Virus record (IMG/VR): IMGVR_UViG_3300035668_000048
Location: 1 to 63,032 of that record
Length of the DNA: 63,032 nt
Source: a virus
Taxonomy: Duplodnaviria > Caudoviricetes
Direction: 5' to 3' (one strand)
In this document: piece after piece, positions 1 through 8,768 of the stretch
How the letters are laid out: each line of letters opens with the position of its first letter
How positions within the stretch are numbered: position 1 is the first letter of the stretch
Program-made: the position numbers and the translations under genes
The notes under the pieces: generated by a model
Database searches by the model: none
Seen by the model: the letters and a program-made list of their open reading frames with translations, nothing else
What the model was told of the DNA's origin: nothing

Positions 1-186
<186 letters not shown>

Positions 187-187
187 G

Positions 188-276
188 AGACGACGGACGA
201 CGGAGAACGGACAGCAGACGACAGAGACGGACGAACTGCTATCCCGTCCTCCGTCGTCCGTAGTCCGTCGTCCGTT
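188..276. repeat. Imperfect palindrome of GACGGAC-like heptamers after tuf (REP-like or terminator hairpin)
   Basis: acggacgacggagaac on the left arm is nearly complementary to gtcctccgtcgtccgt on the right arm; followed by a short T run. Confidence 0.6.
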
Positions 277-278
277 TT

Positions 279-632
279 ATGCTCGCAATGCTGCAACGAG
301 ACGCCGCCGCACGCGCGGCAATTAAAGATAGACAATTGTCGGCGCACTCCTTAATGAGCCGCCCCGGGGACCGACGACTACAGACGCTAGGGGATTCTGG
401 TGGGAACAATCTGGGGGATGGCATGTCCGCGGACGCCACTCTGGTCGACGCGCGAACCGGAACGGTGATCATTGCCCATCCCGAACTGAAGGGTATCCTG
501 CTCGCCGGACAGGGCGTTTTGGGAACCGCGGTTCAGGCCGCCGTCGACAGCTCCCATGCCCAAGGCGTCCCTGAAAGGATTGTCGAAAGCTACGCCGAGA
601 ATTATCGCAATTGGTTGCTGGCCAAGGCCTGA
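279..632 (+). CDS. Hypothetical protein (host; possibly a fragment)
   Basis: 117-aa ORF, plausible C-terminal half, no recognised motif. Confidence 0.35.
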   Translation: MLAMLQRDAAARAAIKDRQLSAHSLMSRPGDRRLQTLGDSGGNNLGDGMSADATLVDARTGTVIIAHPELKGILLAGQGVLGTAVQAAVDSSHAQGVPERIVESYAENYRNWLLAKA

Positions 633-743
633 CCGGTCGAGGTGCACACTTGGCCGGCCTGCACTAGCCACCGCTTCGCCCTTGCTTTTCAGGCCCGCCC
701 TATGCTTGAAACGGCCCGGATCGGCGGCGACGCAGGTTCCTGA

Positions 744-819
744 AGGAGTGTAGCTCAATTGGTAGAGCACCGGTCTCCAAAACCGGGGGTTGCAGGTTCG
801 AGCCCTGCCACTCCTGCCA
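744..819 (+). tRNA. tRNA-Trp (CCA); probable prophage integration site
   Basis: 76-nt cloverleaf AGGAGTG...CACTCCT-G-CCA; anticodon arm CCGGT-CT-CCA-AA-ACCGG; T-loop GGTTCGA; follows tuf; integrase ends 80 nt downstream. Confidence 0.97.
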
Positions 820-880
820 TATCGTTTTTTGATGCTCCCAACATGTTGTTTCCTCTATAGAATCATTCAGAAAGCGAATG

Positions 881-900
881 GGTGAGACAGCGGTGAGACA
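881..900 (+). promoter_or_regulatory. Putative integrase arm-type binding sites
   Basis: GGTGAGACA direct repeat at 881-889 and 892-900 between the tRNA and the integrase stop. Confidence 0.55.
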
Positions 901-1995
901 TTAGCCGTTCGCCTTCTGCCCCAGATTGATCTTGTCCATTCCTTCAGCCGCCATACGTTTTCGATCTGCCGAACGCGTGTAGACTTCGGCTTGGCTGACC
1001 GTTGACCAGTCGAAAATAGCCATGAGTTGCATCGTCGTCGCGCCGTTCTCTGCGGCGATGGTCGCGCCAGCTTTCTTCAGCCCGTGCGCGGTGCAGTGGT
1101 GTAGCCCAGCTTCGTCGCACTTCTCCCGGAACCAATTGCCGAACCCGGCGGGCGTGTACGGTTGGCCCTGATGCGTCACCAAGAACGTCATGGATCCGCA
1201 CGGGCTCGCCTCAACGATCTCGGCAAGTACCGGGAGCCAAGGCTTCTGGGATAGATCCCGGCGCTTGTAGAGCGTTTTCTTTGGCACATAGCGCAGGATC
1301 CCATCCCGGACGTGCTGCTTGCCGAATTTCACCATGTCCTGCCGTCTGGATCCGGTGAACAGCAGGAGCGCCATCGCAAGTCGGGCCTTGGATCCAACCG
1401 GATGGCGGGCTTCGAAGATCTGGACTTCCTCGACGGTCCACGTATGGAACCCGCCGCCCTTGACGCTGCGGCCGGCCTTCACATCCCTGGCCGGATTACC
1501 CGGCAAATGGTCGTGATCGACGCCCCAGCCGCAAAGCGCGGAAAGATGCTTTTTCCGGTTTGCCGCTGCTCCCGGTTGGCCACTTCGGATCTCTATCAAA
1601 CGCCTGATTTTCTGGGCGCTTAAGTACCGGAGAGGGCAATTACCCATCGGATCCGGATCCTCGTCGCTCATAGGATCCCGAAAGCACTGTTCTAGGCATG
1701 AACGGCGGGCGCGCTGCGATTCCTTTGCAAGCCCGGCGAAGTCCTTGCTGGCAAAATAGCGCGCACCCAGCCAGCCCAGCGTCCCCTTGGCGTGTGGCGC
1801 GAGCCCTGGGCCAGCGGCCGTGAAGCCCGGCAGTATCCGCCCCAGCGCGGCGCTGTAGGCCGCCGCGAATTCTGGCGTGCCTTCCCGGATCCGGATCCGG
1901 ATCCGCTTTCCGTTCTTCCTGACGTAGATCCTCTCATTGCCGTGCCGATCATGGTCGCGACTTAAATGCGGAAGATCTGTTTTCATGACCGTCAT
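901..1995 (-). CDS. Tyrosine recombinase / phage integrase
   Basis: LLLFTGSRRQD (catalytic R), AHGLKKAG box, FDWS, AEVYTR (catalytic Y); start at 1995 or 1986. Confidence 0.93.
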   Translation of the reverse strand: MTVMKTDLPHLSRDHDRHGNERIYVRKNGKRIRIRIREGTPEFAAAYSAALGRILPGFTAAGPGLAPHAKGTLGWLGARYFASKDFAGLAKESQRARRSCLEQCFRDPMSDEDPDPMGNCPLRYLSAQKIRRLIEIRSGQPGAAANRKKHLSALCGWGVDHDHLPGNPARDVKAGRSVKGGGFHTWTVEEVQIFEARHPVGSKARLAMALLLFTGSRRQDMVKFGKQHVRDGILRYVPKKTLYKRRDLSQKPWLPVLAEIVEASPCGSMTFLVTHQGQPYTPAGFGNWFREKCDEAGLHHCTAHGLKKAGATIAAENGATTMQLMAIFDWSTVSQAEVYTRSADRKRMAAEGMDKINLGQKANG

Positions 1996-2189
1996 GCCCG
2001 CTGATCCTCCCATTTGGAGGCGGGGTCATTTTGAGCATCGGCGGGGATCATGGAAGCGGAATCTATCGGCTTATCCCCTACGATCAGACAGCCATCCGGC
2101 CGAACGCCGATCACAAAACGGCCCGCCTTCTCAACGCCCTTGATGGCGCGAGCAAGCGAGTGTTCGGTGAATGGCAACGCTTTCGTCAT
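1992..2189 (-). CDS. Small protein upstream of int; possible excisionase/RDF
   Basis: 65 aa; stop overlaps integrase start; position typical of xis. Confidence 0.55.
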   Translation of the reverse strand: MTKALPFTEHSLARAIKGVEKAGRFVIGVRPDGCLIVGDKPIDSASMIPADAQNDPASKWEDQRA

Positions 2190-2198
2190 CGCTTTAAT

Positions 2199-2411
2199 CT
2201 ACTCCGATACGTGCATTCGCCAAGGCCCGGAAGCCAAGAGTTCGCCGCGCCAAGTCCGGCCGCAGTCCAGGCAAACGGCCGTCGTGAACGTGCCGGCTGG
2301 CCCAGTGCAAGTGGACGAGAAAACTTCCTCGTGCTTGCATTTGGCCTGCCGTTGGCGCCGGTTCTTTTCCGTCAGTGTTTCCGCCGTAAGCATGGCGACT
2401 GTCATAGTCAC
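2199..2411 (-). CDS. Hypothetical Cys-containing protein
   Basis: CKH...CLDCG motif; fits the operon chain. Confidence 0.5.
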   Translation of the reverse strand: MTMTVAMLTAETLTEKNRRQRQAKCKHEEVFSSTCTGPAGTFTTAVCLDCGRTWRGELLASGPWRMHVSE

Positions 2412-2515
2412 TGGCTTGATCCTCCCACAGCAGCGCCTGACCCCATGCGCCGCGTCACATCCTTGGTTCCGTCCAAAAACTGCGGCGCCGTCAGAGCGAA
2501 CGAGATGTTGCGCAT
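2408..2515 (-). pseudogene. Truncated ASCH-domain-like gene remnant
   Basis: MRNISFALTAPQFLDGTKDVTRRMG resembles the ASCH N-terminus (GxKxxTxR); stops after 35 aa. Confidence 0.5.
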
Positions 2516-2582
2516 CTACCCACCCTCCACAGCAGGGCCATCCATTGCGCGCTCGTTCGCCGCGATCTGCTCCGGCGTATAT

Positions 2583-2771
2583 TCAGTCACGGGCGGTCTC
2601 CTGTGGAGAGGGCCGCAGCATGCTCCGAGCAAACTCGTTCAATTGCTTTAGCATCATGGCATCGAAATAGACGACGTGATCACCATTCTCGCGCGGTGCC
2701 CGAAGGCAGAACAGCCCGCCATCGAAGGACGCGTACAGGCCGTCTCCGAGATACTCTTCTTGCTCGCTCAT
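2583..2771 (-). CDS. Hypothetical phage protein
   Basis: 62 aa, YLGDGLYASFDG motif; operon chain. Confidence 0.65.
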   Translation of the reverse strand: MSEQEEYLGDGLYASFDGGLFCLRAPRENGDHVVYFDAMMLKQLNEFARSMLRPSPQETARD

Positions 2772-2954
2772 TGCTGTGCCTTTCCTTCAGGGCGGGGTGC
2801 ATAGTCCAGTGTGGAAGCGCCACCGTAGCGGCAGCCTGGTCTCTTAGATCAGCCAAATACTGGCGTGTCTTTTCGGGAAGGCCGCAACCATTCTTCAAAA
2901 TCGAGTCGTAGTAAGCGGCCATGTCTTTCATGGTTATCGTTATGGCGCGCTTGC

Positions 2955-3206
2955 TCATTTTGCACCAGGAGAAGCGGGCGAGGCGGTCATCAACGCTTCC
3001 CGCAGCTTGAAAATCTCTTTGTGACACTCGGCTAGCTGAGACCGAACCAACGTCAGTTCCTTCTCGCTAGCCACGACCTGACCGGATAGCACTGCAGTGA
3101 GGCAGGCGCGCATTACCTTGCGCTCATCGTCGGACCATTGCCTGTCAACCGGTTTGCCCCAATAAGCATCAAGCATTCGTTCGACCATCGTCTCACTTAC
3201 CGTCAT
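2955..3206 (-). CDS. Hypothetical protein
   Basis: Start overlaps the stop of the upstream gene; coiled C-terminus. Confidence 0.55.
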   Translation of the reverse strand: MTVSETMVERMLDAYWGKPVDRQWSDDERKVMRACLTAVLSGQVVASEKELTLVRSQLAECHKEIFKLREALMTASPASPGAK

Positions 3207-3412
3207 CAGCGCTTCTCCTGGGCGCGGGCGTGTTTGTCCAGTTGGTGCCATGCGCGATTGGCGGCGTACATCAGGTCATCGTCACCAGCAGTTTTCGCCG
3301 ATACCGACAGGTCATTGACAACTCGAATTGCATTCGCGAGTTTGTCCATCAGGGCTTTGTCGGGCATTTGCTTCGTCTCCCCGCTCATCTGGCGCGCTTT
3401 GGGTTGGGTCAT
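3206..3412 (-). CDS. Hypothetical protein
   Basis: Overlapping start/stop chain. Confidence 0.55.
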   Translation of the reverse strand: MTQPKARQMSGETKQMPDKALMDKLANAIRVVNDLSVSAKTAGDDDLMYAANRAWHQLDKHARAQEKR

Positions 3413-3657
3413 GGGCGCTGCGAATCCTTGATAACTTGGTGTGCGGTTTCGAGAACCGTTTCTGTAATAGGGCTCTTTCCAGTCAGCGCGCGAAGCAATG
3501 TTTCCATCACCGGGTTGTCGTTCGGGCTGTAGCGAACGCGATCAAATGCACGCCGGATCAAGCCTCGCTTCGCCGTTAATTCTTTGTATTGCGCCTCCCG
3601 CAAACCAGTCCTGCGGACATTGATCAGCACGCCATAGTCATCCAAGCGCTCAGCCAT
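3409..3657 (-). CDS. Hypothetical protein
   Basis: MAERLDDY start with upstream RBS; ATGA overlap with the next gene. Confidence 0.55.
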   Translation of the reverse strand: MAERLDDYGVLINVRRTGLREAQYKELTAKRGLIRRAFDRVRYSPNDNPVMETLLRALTGKSPITETVLETAHQVIKDSQRP

Positions 3658-5053
3658 GGTTTTCCGTCTCGCTGCTGGAGGGCGGGGCTTGGCGGGAGAC
3701 GTAATCCCTCGCGCGCCTGATCGCCGTTTCATAAGCCATCGGGTTGCTGCATTCGCGCGCGGCGCACGCCTCGATCGCTAATCCGTGCTTGCAGACAAGC
3801 CCGCTAAGATTGACCTCTGGATTTGGATGCAAGAAAATATCAAGATACTTGAGCAGCGCTTCCCGCTCACCAGCACCGGGTTGAACGTGGAGGGAGAGGA
3901 TGCGATCTGCGCGCTTGCGATAAATTTCCTTATCGTGCTCTTGAATGACGATGCCAAGTTTTCCTTCAAACTGGTTGCCGTCAAAGCTGGCGAGCAGCCG
4001 CGCTATCGCTTCCCGATCTCCCATGACGGGAGGGGCTACCCCGACATGCACGTCCGCATTTTCTGTCTGTCCGCAGAACAGGCAGTCTCCCCGATGCATC
4101 CGCCATGGGACGTATTGATGCGGGGTGGTCGGATCGGCTCCAATGACCGGAGGGGCGGCGACATAGCAATCATTTGGACGAGCGCAGCCATCAGAGCAGC
4201 ATTTGGTTTTATCGCCATCGGCGAGCGCCGCAATCCGCTGGCGTCGCAAGGCATCCGGCTCTGCCGCTACGGCGGGGGAGGGGGAGAGGGCAGCCATGTA
4301 TTCAGCGTTGGTCTCAGGCTCGATCACGGGCGGCGTTACGCCAGCTTCTCCGTATGCCGATTGGAAGCCGAGCAGGATGCGTCGCGCGAACTCGCGCCCG
4401 TCGCTCGGCATGTGGCCCGCGTTCGCGTGATTGCAGTACGACATCAACCGGCGCTCCAAACGCGTGAAAGCTTTGATCAGCTCGCTCGCCCCATCGGGCG
4501 CGGGCAGCGGGTTCTCGGCTTGCTTTGGAGCGCAGACGGACAGCCCGCAAAAATTCAAACACGCGCCGGTTGCCTTGTTACGGCAATTGAATGCGGCTTG
4601 CTTTGGGACAGCGGCGGAATCATAATTCTCGCGCGTCAACCCATCTGCCCCATCGGGTGGCGGGGAGAGGAATTGAACTGCGACCTGTGCGATGGACCGG
4701 CCGTCAAAGCCGGGGTTCCTGTCAATGTGATCCTCGATAAGATCAGCAAGCTTGTCCTCGCCCGCCCCATCGGGTGGCGGTATGGGTGCGGCGAGGGCGG
4801 TGCGAACCTTTTCAACAGCATCAAAGGCTTTACGACTTACGATCAGACCGCAATCGTGCAAGGTTGAAATGAATGTCTCGACAGCCTCTCGCATCCCATC
4901 GGGCGCGGGCTTGGGTGGGGCGGCGCGGCGCTGCAGCCGAGTAAAAAGACACTGACCAACTTTATCGCAAGAAAAATGTGTGCGGCATATATCGCAGGGA
5001 CGGAACCGCAGCCCATCCACGTTCTGTCGATCTGGTTGGGGTTGGTCGGTCAT
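3650..5053 (-). CDS. Modular mosaic protein with repeated Pro-rich linkers
   Basis: Long ORF; P(A/P)PDG x4, APPV(I/M)G x2, PKQA x2 separate short Cys-rich or helical modules. Confidence 0.7.
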   Translation of the reverse strand: MTDQPQPDRQNVDGLRFRPCDICRTHFSCDKVGQCLFTRLQRRAAPPKPAPDGMREAVETFISTLHDCGLIVSRKAFDAVEKVRTALAAPIPPPDGAGEDKLADLIEDHIDRNPGFDGRSIAQVAVQFLSPPPDGADGLTRENYDSAAVPKQAAFNCRNKATGACLNFCGLSVCAPKQAENPLPAPDGASELIKAFTRLERRLMSYCNHANAGHMPSDGREFARRILLGFQSAYGEAGVTPPVIEPETNAEYMAALSPSPAVAAEPDALRRQRIAALADGDKTKCCSDGCARPNDCYVAAPPVIGADPTTPHQYVPWRMHRGDCLFCGQTENADVHVGVAPPVMGDREAIARLLASFDGNQFEGKLGIVIQEHDKEIYRKRADRILSLHVQPGAGEREALLKYLDIFLHPNPEVNLSGLVCKHGLAIEACAARECSNPMAYETAIRRARDYVSRQAPPSSSETENHG

Positions 5054-5141
5054 GTCAGCACCTTTATCGCGACAAGCAAAAGCGGAATGGCTATGACCGC
5101 GCAGGACCACGCATCCAGTTTTCTGTTCGACCAAGGCTCGC

Positions 5142-5519
5142 TCATGGCTTCTTCTCCCCCGTGGAAAGGGCGCGGATTCCTGTGACGTAGGCTAAGCCCG
5201 TCAAATTGCCGACCCTACGTGGCGACAAATGACGTTCTGAGCCACTCGATGTCTCGCTAATAGACTCTTGGTGCTGTTCAACGAATTTTGCGCATTCCCC
5301 AATCGTCGCATCCCGTGTACGTCGTTCGTTGGCTGCGTCGGGGTCGGATGGCTTGGCGGAGAGACGGAGGGCAAATATCTTAACGGCCTCAATTGCAAAT
5401 TCTGTTGGAGCTCCGGGCCATGCATACATGTTGGCTGGGAAACGTGAGCGCCACGCGGCAAGAATTTCTTCTGGTAAGCGTTCCAGTTCCTCTCTCCCCG
5501 GTGTAACGGCGGCGTTCAT
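5142..5519 (-). CDS. Hypothetical protein
   Basis: MNAAVTPG start overlaps the upstream stop. Confidence 0.55.
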   Translation of the reverse strand: MNAAVTPGREELERLPEEILAAWRSRFPANMYAWPGAPTEFAIEAVKIFALRLSAKPSDPDAANERRTRDATIGECAKFVEQHQESISETSSGSERHLSPRRVGNLTGLAYVTGIRALSTGEKKP

Positions 5520-5929
5520 AGGCGGGGCTCCGGCACATACTCCAGCAACATATCGCCTTCCTTGAACTCGCCAGTGAAGCGCCATGAATTATCGTTGACG
5601 ATGATGCGTTCGATCCCGTTGCATGCCATATTGGAGAGCAGAATGCTCTCTTTCGGGTCAGCACGTTTCTGTACATCGGCAAGCGTTTCGATTCTGCCCC
5701 CAAGATAGTAAGTGCCGCTAGTAGCCGACACCTTGCTGTCAAGGTCGTCAGGGCCGCGCGCACGCGTCGAAAACTGAAAACCGTAGGGCGTCGCCCCGTA
5801 TCGCTCCTTTATTGCGCGCGACATCTCTACCGCCTTCGAGACATCCCAAGCTGAAATTGGCAATTCTCTCGTCTCGGCAACGAACGTGCCCGGACTAAAG
5901 AATGTGACAAAGTGCTTTTCCATCCTCAC
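5516..5929 (-). CDS. Hypothetical phage protein
   Basis: HFVTFFSPGTFVAE...ERYGATPYGFQF; globular composition; operon chain. Confidence 0.7.
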   Translation of the reverse strand: MRMEKHFVTFFSPGTFVAETRELPISAWDVSKAVEMSRAIKERYGATPYGFQFSTRARGPDDLDSKVSATSGTYYLGGRIETLADVQKRADPKESILLSNMACNGIERIIVNDNSWRFTGEFKEGDMLLEYVPEPRL

Positions 5930-6129
5930 TCCCCCTTTGCACTGGATGCGAGGAGAGCGCGGCCGGCAGCTTTTCGAGATTCGAAAAACCCCAAAACCTC
6001 TAGTGGTGTTACTGGACTTCGCTTTGATGCCGTCACACAGAAATGCTTCCCCTCGAAATACAGATCAGCAAAATCATGACTGTAATGCGGATCAACAGGG
6101 TGTATCGTCAGCTTCACCTTATCGGCCAT
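5926..6129 (-). CDS. Hypothetical protein (MADKVKLT start, copy 1)
   Basis: Starts inside the 39-bp repeat. Confidence 0.55.
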   Translation of the reverse strand: MADKVKLTIHPVDPHYSHDFADLYFEGKHFCVTASKRSPVTPLEVLGFFESRKAAGRALLASSAKGE

Positions 6130-6379
6130 GGGTGGAGTCCTTGAGAGCGGCGCGGCCGGTGTCGGACATGCGGAACGTATCGTTTCCACTGTGATGGTTC
6201 GCAAGGCCACGCGAAACAAAAGCTAAAAGCAGATCGCGGACTGGCTTAACCGGCCTAGGGTGAAGATCACCAAGCAAGGCAATGACTTCGAACGGCGCTT
6301 TCCAGTCCTCAATGCATTGCAAGTAAACCCGATCAAGGTCCGTCAGCTTCACCTTATCGGCCATGGGTGGAGTCCTTGA
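6106..6379. repeat. Perfect 39-bp direct repeat flanking a single gene
   Basis: cgtcagcttcaccttatcggccatgggtggagtccttga at 6106-6144 and 6341-6379. Confidence 0.95.
6119..6364 (-). CDS. Hypothetical winged-helix-like protein (MADKVKLT start, copy 2)
   Basis: 81 aa; LLLAFVSRGLA...FRMSDTGRAAL resembles a wHTH end. Confidence 0.6.
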   Translation of the reverse strand: MADKVKLTDLDRVYLQCIEDWKAPFEVIALLGDLHPRPVKPVRDLLLAFVSRGLANHHSGNDTFRMSDTGRAALKDSTHGR

Positions 6380-6427
6380 AGATTTGGATAGTACGGCTTT
6401 GATGTTTGGCGGCTTGCAAAAGTAGGA

Positions 6428-6871
6428 CTAAATTGACGACGCAAGATCGGCTTCTAGTCGGCTGATGAATGTTCGCGCATCTTGCCTAACAGCGCCAATG
6501 GCATCCTCCGCCGTCTTTGCGTCTGCGAAGAATTGCGTCGTTGCATTGGTGCCGGTGAGGGCGGATCGAAACTCGGCAGAGAAGTTTCCGCTATGTCGGT
6601 CCCGGCGAACTATAACGCCGCCGCCGTTGAACCTGTCATCCGCGTAAGGCCCTTTGGCGACTTCCCAATGCCACCCGCCGTTTTCCCATACCCTCGGTAT
6701 CCAGCCATCACCCAACTTGTCAGCAAGCGCGCGGGCGTCCTTGTTGGCGGTGTCAAAGGCTACCTTAGTGCATCCGCAGCCGCATCTTGGCGAACAATAA
6801 ATGCCGCCCGGCAAGTTCCGCGGTGTCCATCCGCCGTCAACTTCGGCAGGACGATTTTTAAGCTTCTGCAT
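6428..6871 (-). CDS. Hypothetical phage protein
   Basis: YCSPRCGCGCT and PRVWENGGWHW motifs. Confidence 0.7.
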   Translation of the reverse strand: MQKLKNRPAEVDGGWTPRNLPGGIYCSPRCGCGCTKVAFDTANKDARALADKLGDGWIPRVWENGGWHWEVAKGPYADDRFNGGGVIVRRDRHSGNFSAEFRSALTGTNATTQFFADAKTAEDAIGAVRQDARTFISRLEADLASSI

Positions 6872-6928
6872 CTCTTTTTCCTCTGTACTTATCCGCTTTG
6901 AAGCTGGAAACGCGAAGCTTAAGTTGTA

Positions 6929-7195
6929 CTATCCACGATCAGCCTTTAGATCATCGTCCGTCATCGGGATTGCGTTCGTGAGCGCCGCGCGGATACGGAT
7001 TAAGCGTTCTCGCCGTGTTACGGGACCATCCGCCGCAAGCATCATGTCGCTGAGTTGTGCCGATAGCTTCCGCAGCGTGACGTACAGACCAAGCGGACGC
7101 GGGTCGTGACGGTCCATAATCGTCAGTAATTCGTCGATGCAGATTTCCGCTGCCGTCACCCGGTCGCGTTCGACGCTGCAAAGTTTGTCAATCAA
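6929..7195 (-). CDS. Hypothetical protein
   Basis: Operon chain. Confidence 0.5.
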   Translation of the reverse strand: MIDKLCSVERDRVTAAEICIDELLTIMDRHDPRPLGLYVTLRKLSAQLSDMMLAADGPVTRRERLIRIRAALTNAIPMTDDDLKADRG

Positions 7196-7670
7196 GATCA
7201 GCCTCCATGGAGGAGCGGGCGCGGAGCCATCCGGCCGTTAGCGCGATTGGTAGCGTTGGGCCAGTCGCAAGGATTCTTTGCTGATAGCAGGGCGCGTCGC
7301 CTTCAAGATCACCAACGAAACGCTTCAGCCATACGCGCCATGTTTTTGCGTTAAGTGGGTAGCGGGTTGGATCGTCCAACATCAGAAATCGGTCGAGCGT
7401 AAGCCACCATCTTTCGACTTCCAGCGTCATCGCGGCGTCGAGTGAGTACGTCCATCGTGGAACGAACTGCGCCGGATCAAGGAACGACTTCTTGCCATCC
7501 TTGTGGCCTTCGATATCATCGGCCATGACGGACCACTTCCACTCGCGGTCTCTGTCAAAGACGCCTTTGAAATTGATGGCGACGGAAATCGCAAGGTCCG
7601 TCTCCCTACATTGCCCCGTAAGAGTCTCTACTCTATCCGCTAGATCGGTGAGGGTGGGGGGAGAGGTCAT
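7188..7670 (-). CDS. Hypothetical phage protein
   Basis: LADRVE..TG..RETDLAI, PRWTYSLDAAMTL, TLPIALTA.LRAR pattern. Confidence 0.7.
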   Translation of the reverse strand: MTSPPTLTDLADRVETLTGQCRETDLAISVAINFKGVFDRDREWKWSVMADDIEGHKDGKKSFLDPAQFVPRWTYSLDAAMTLEVERWWLTLDRFLMLDDPTRYPLNAKTWRVWLKRFVGDLEGDAPCYQQRILATGPTLPIALTAGWLRARSSMEADLD

Positions 7671-7843
7671 ATTTCATCCACTTCAACAATTTGATATGGA
7701 AAGGCTCTGCAGACAGTCGTGTTGCGGGCTGCTTCCTCTGCCGCTTCGCGATTGGGCATGACAGCTATTTCGTCTCGGTCGCCGATAACGCAGCCGATCC
7801 GGTTGTTTTGAATATTCCGAAAAAGAATGACACACTCGCTCAT
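7667..7843 (-). CDS. Hypothetical protein
   Basis: ATGA overlaps at both ends; RBS. Confidence 0.6.
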   Translation of the reverse strand: MSECVILFRNIQNNRIGCVIGDRDEIAVMPNREAAEEAARNTTVCRAFPYQIVEVDEI

Positions 7844-8328
7844 GTTCGCCTCTCCAATGGTCGGGATAGAAACTTCCGTCCCACCGACCAAGTCGACCGC
7901 GACTGCATCTCACGCGCGGGGATCTGACGCTTGGGCTTTGTGCGGTCGCGTGGCTTGATCTTGCGCGGCTTGACGGGCTTTGGATTTTCAGCGCGTTCTG
8001 CATCTCGCGCCGCGCCACCGGATTCGATCCAAAGGCGTTCTGCGATTTCGAACGGGTTCAAGCCGGTGCGCGCCCACCATTCCTCTTCATTGTTTTGATG
8101 CTGCGAGTCGATGCCCATGCGATGATGGTACGGACACAACGGGGTACAAAAACAATCTGAAGGTCGCTCGCCCTTTCCGGTCTCGCGTTTCCCGATCGCT
8201 AGACACGCGAAACGAATGTGCGCCGCTTCAGCCTGGCGCTTGCAGTATGGTATGCAGCATGACTGTTCGCGAACGAACGCCAGATGGACGCGATCAACAA
8301 GGCGTGGCTCGCGCTGGCGCAACGTCAT
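7840..8328 (-). CDS. DUF968-like Zn-finger / HNH-like nuclease
   Basis: HLAFVREQSCC..C...AAHIR...PSD...PLCPYHH. Confidence 0.75.
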   Translation of the reverse strand: MTLRQREPRLVDRVHLAFVREQSCCIPYCKRQAEAAHIRFACLAIGKRETGKGERPSDCFCTPLCPYHHRMGIDSQHQNNEEEWWARTGLNPFEIAERLWIESGGAARDAERAENPKPVKPRKIKPRDRTKPKRQIPAREMQSRSTWSVGRKFLSRPLERRT

Positions 8329-8528
8329 GCGGTTGCCTCATGTGAAGATTGCAGCTCTCTCCATTGCCGCAGTGCGCTTATATCTTCAGGCGTGAAAGGC
8401 CCGTCGCAATGTAGAACGCCGTCGTCAATCCATGCCCGCCGAGGCCGGTCCGACATCCAAGCAGCGACGATCAAGCCACCGGCAGCGGCGCCTAGAGCAA
8501 AGATTGCGATGGCGAGCGCAAATTCCAT
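8325..8528 (-). CDS. Small membrane protein
   Basis: N-terminal hydrophobic helix. Confidence 0.55.
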   Translation of the reverse strand: MEFALAIAIFALGAAAGGLIVAAWMSDRPRRAWIDDGVLHCDGPFTPEDISALRQWRELQSSHEATA

Positions 8529-8768
8529 TCACCCGCACTCCTTCTCTGCCATCGCCTCGGCGATGCTCTCTGTGAGCCTGTCGTAATCATCGCCGAACGC
8601 CGTCATACGATCATATGCGGTGCAGGGATCGACATGCTCATGGCGAAGCGCCGTATAGAAATTGTTGAGCGCCTTCTGCTTGTGCTGTGCGCGGGACTCG
8701 CAGTACAGCGTCCGTCCTCCAGAAGCTTGGGGCGTCACGCCGCGGAATGGGATGATTTCTGCGGTCAT
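8529..8768 (-). CDS. Hypothetical protein
   Basis: MTAEIIPFRG start motif typical of alphaproteobacterial phage ORFs. Confidence 0.55.
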   Translation of the reverse strand: MTAEIIPFRGVTPQASGGRTLYCESRAQHKQKALNNFYTALRHEHVDPCTAYDRMTAFGDDYDRLTESIAEAMAEKECG

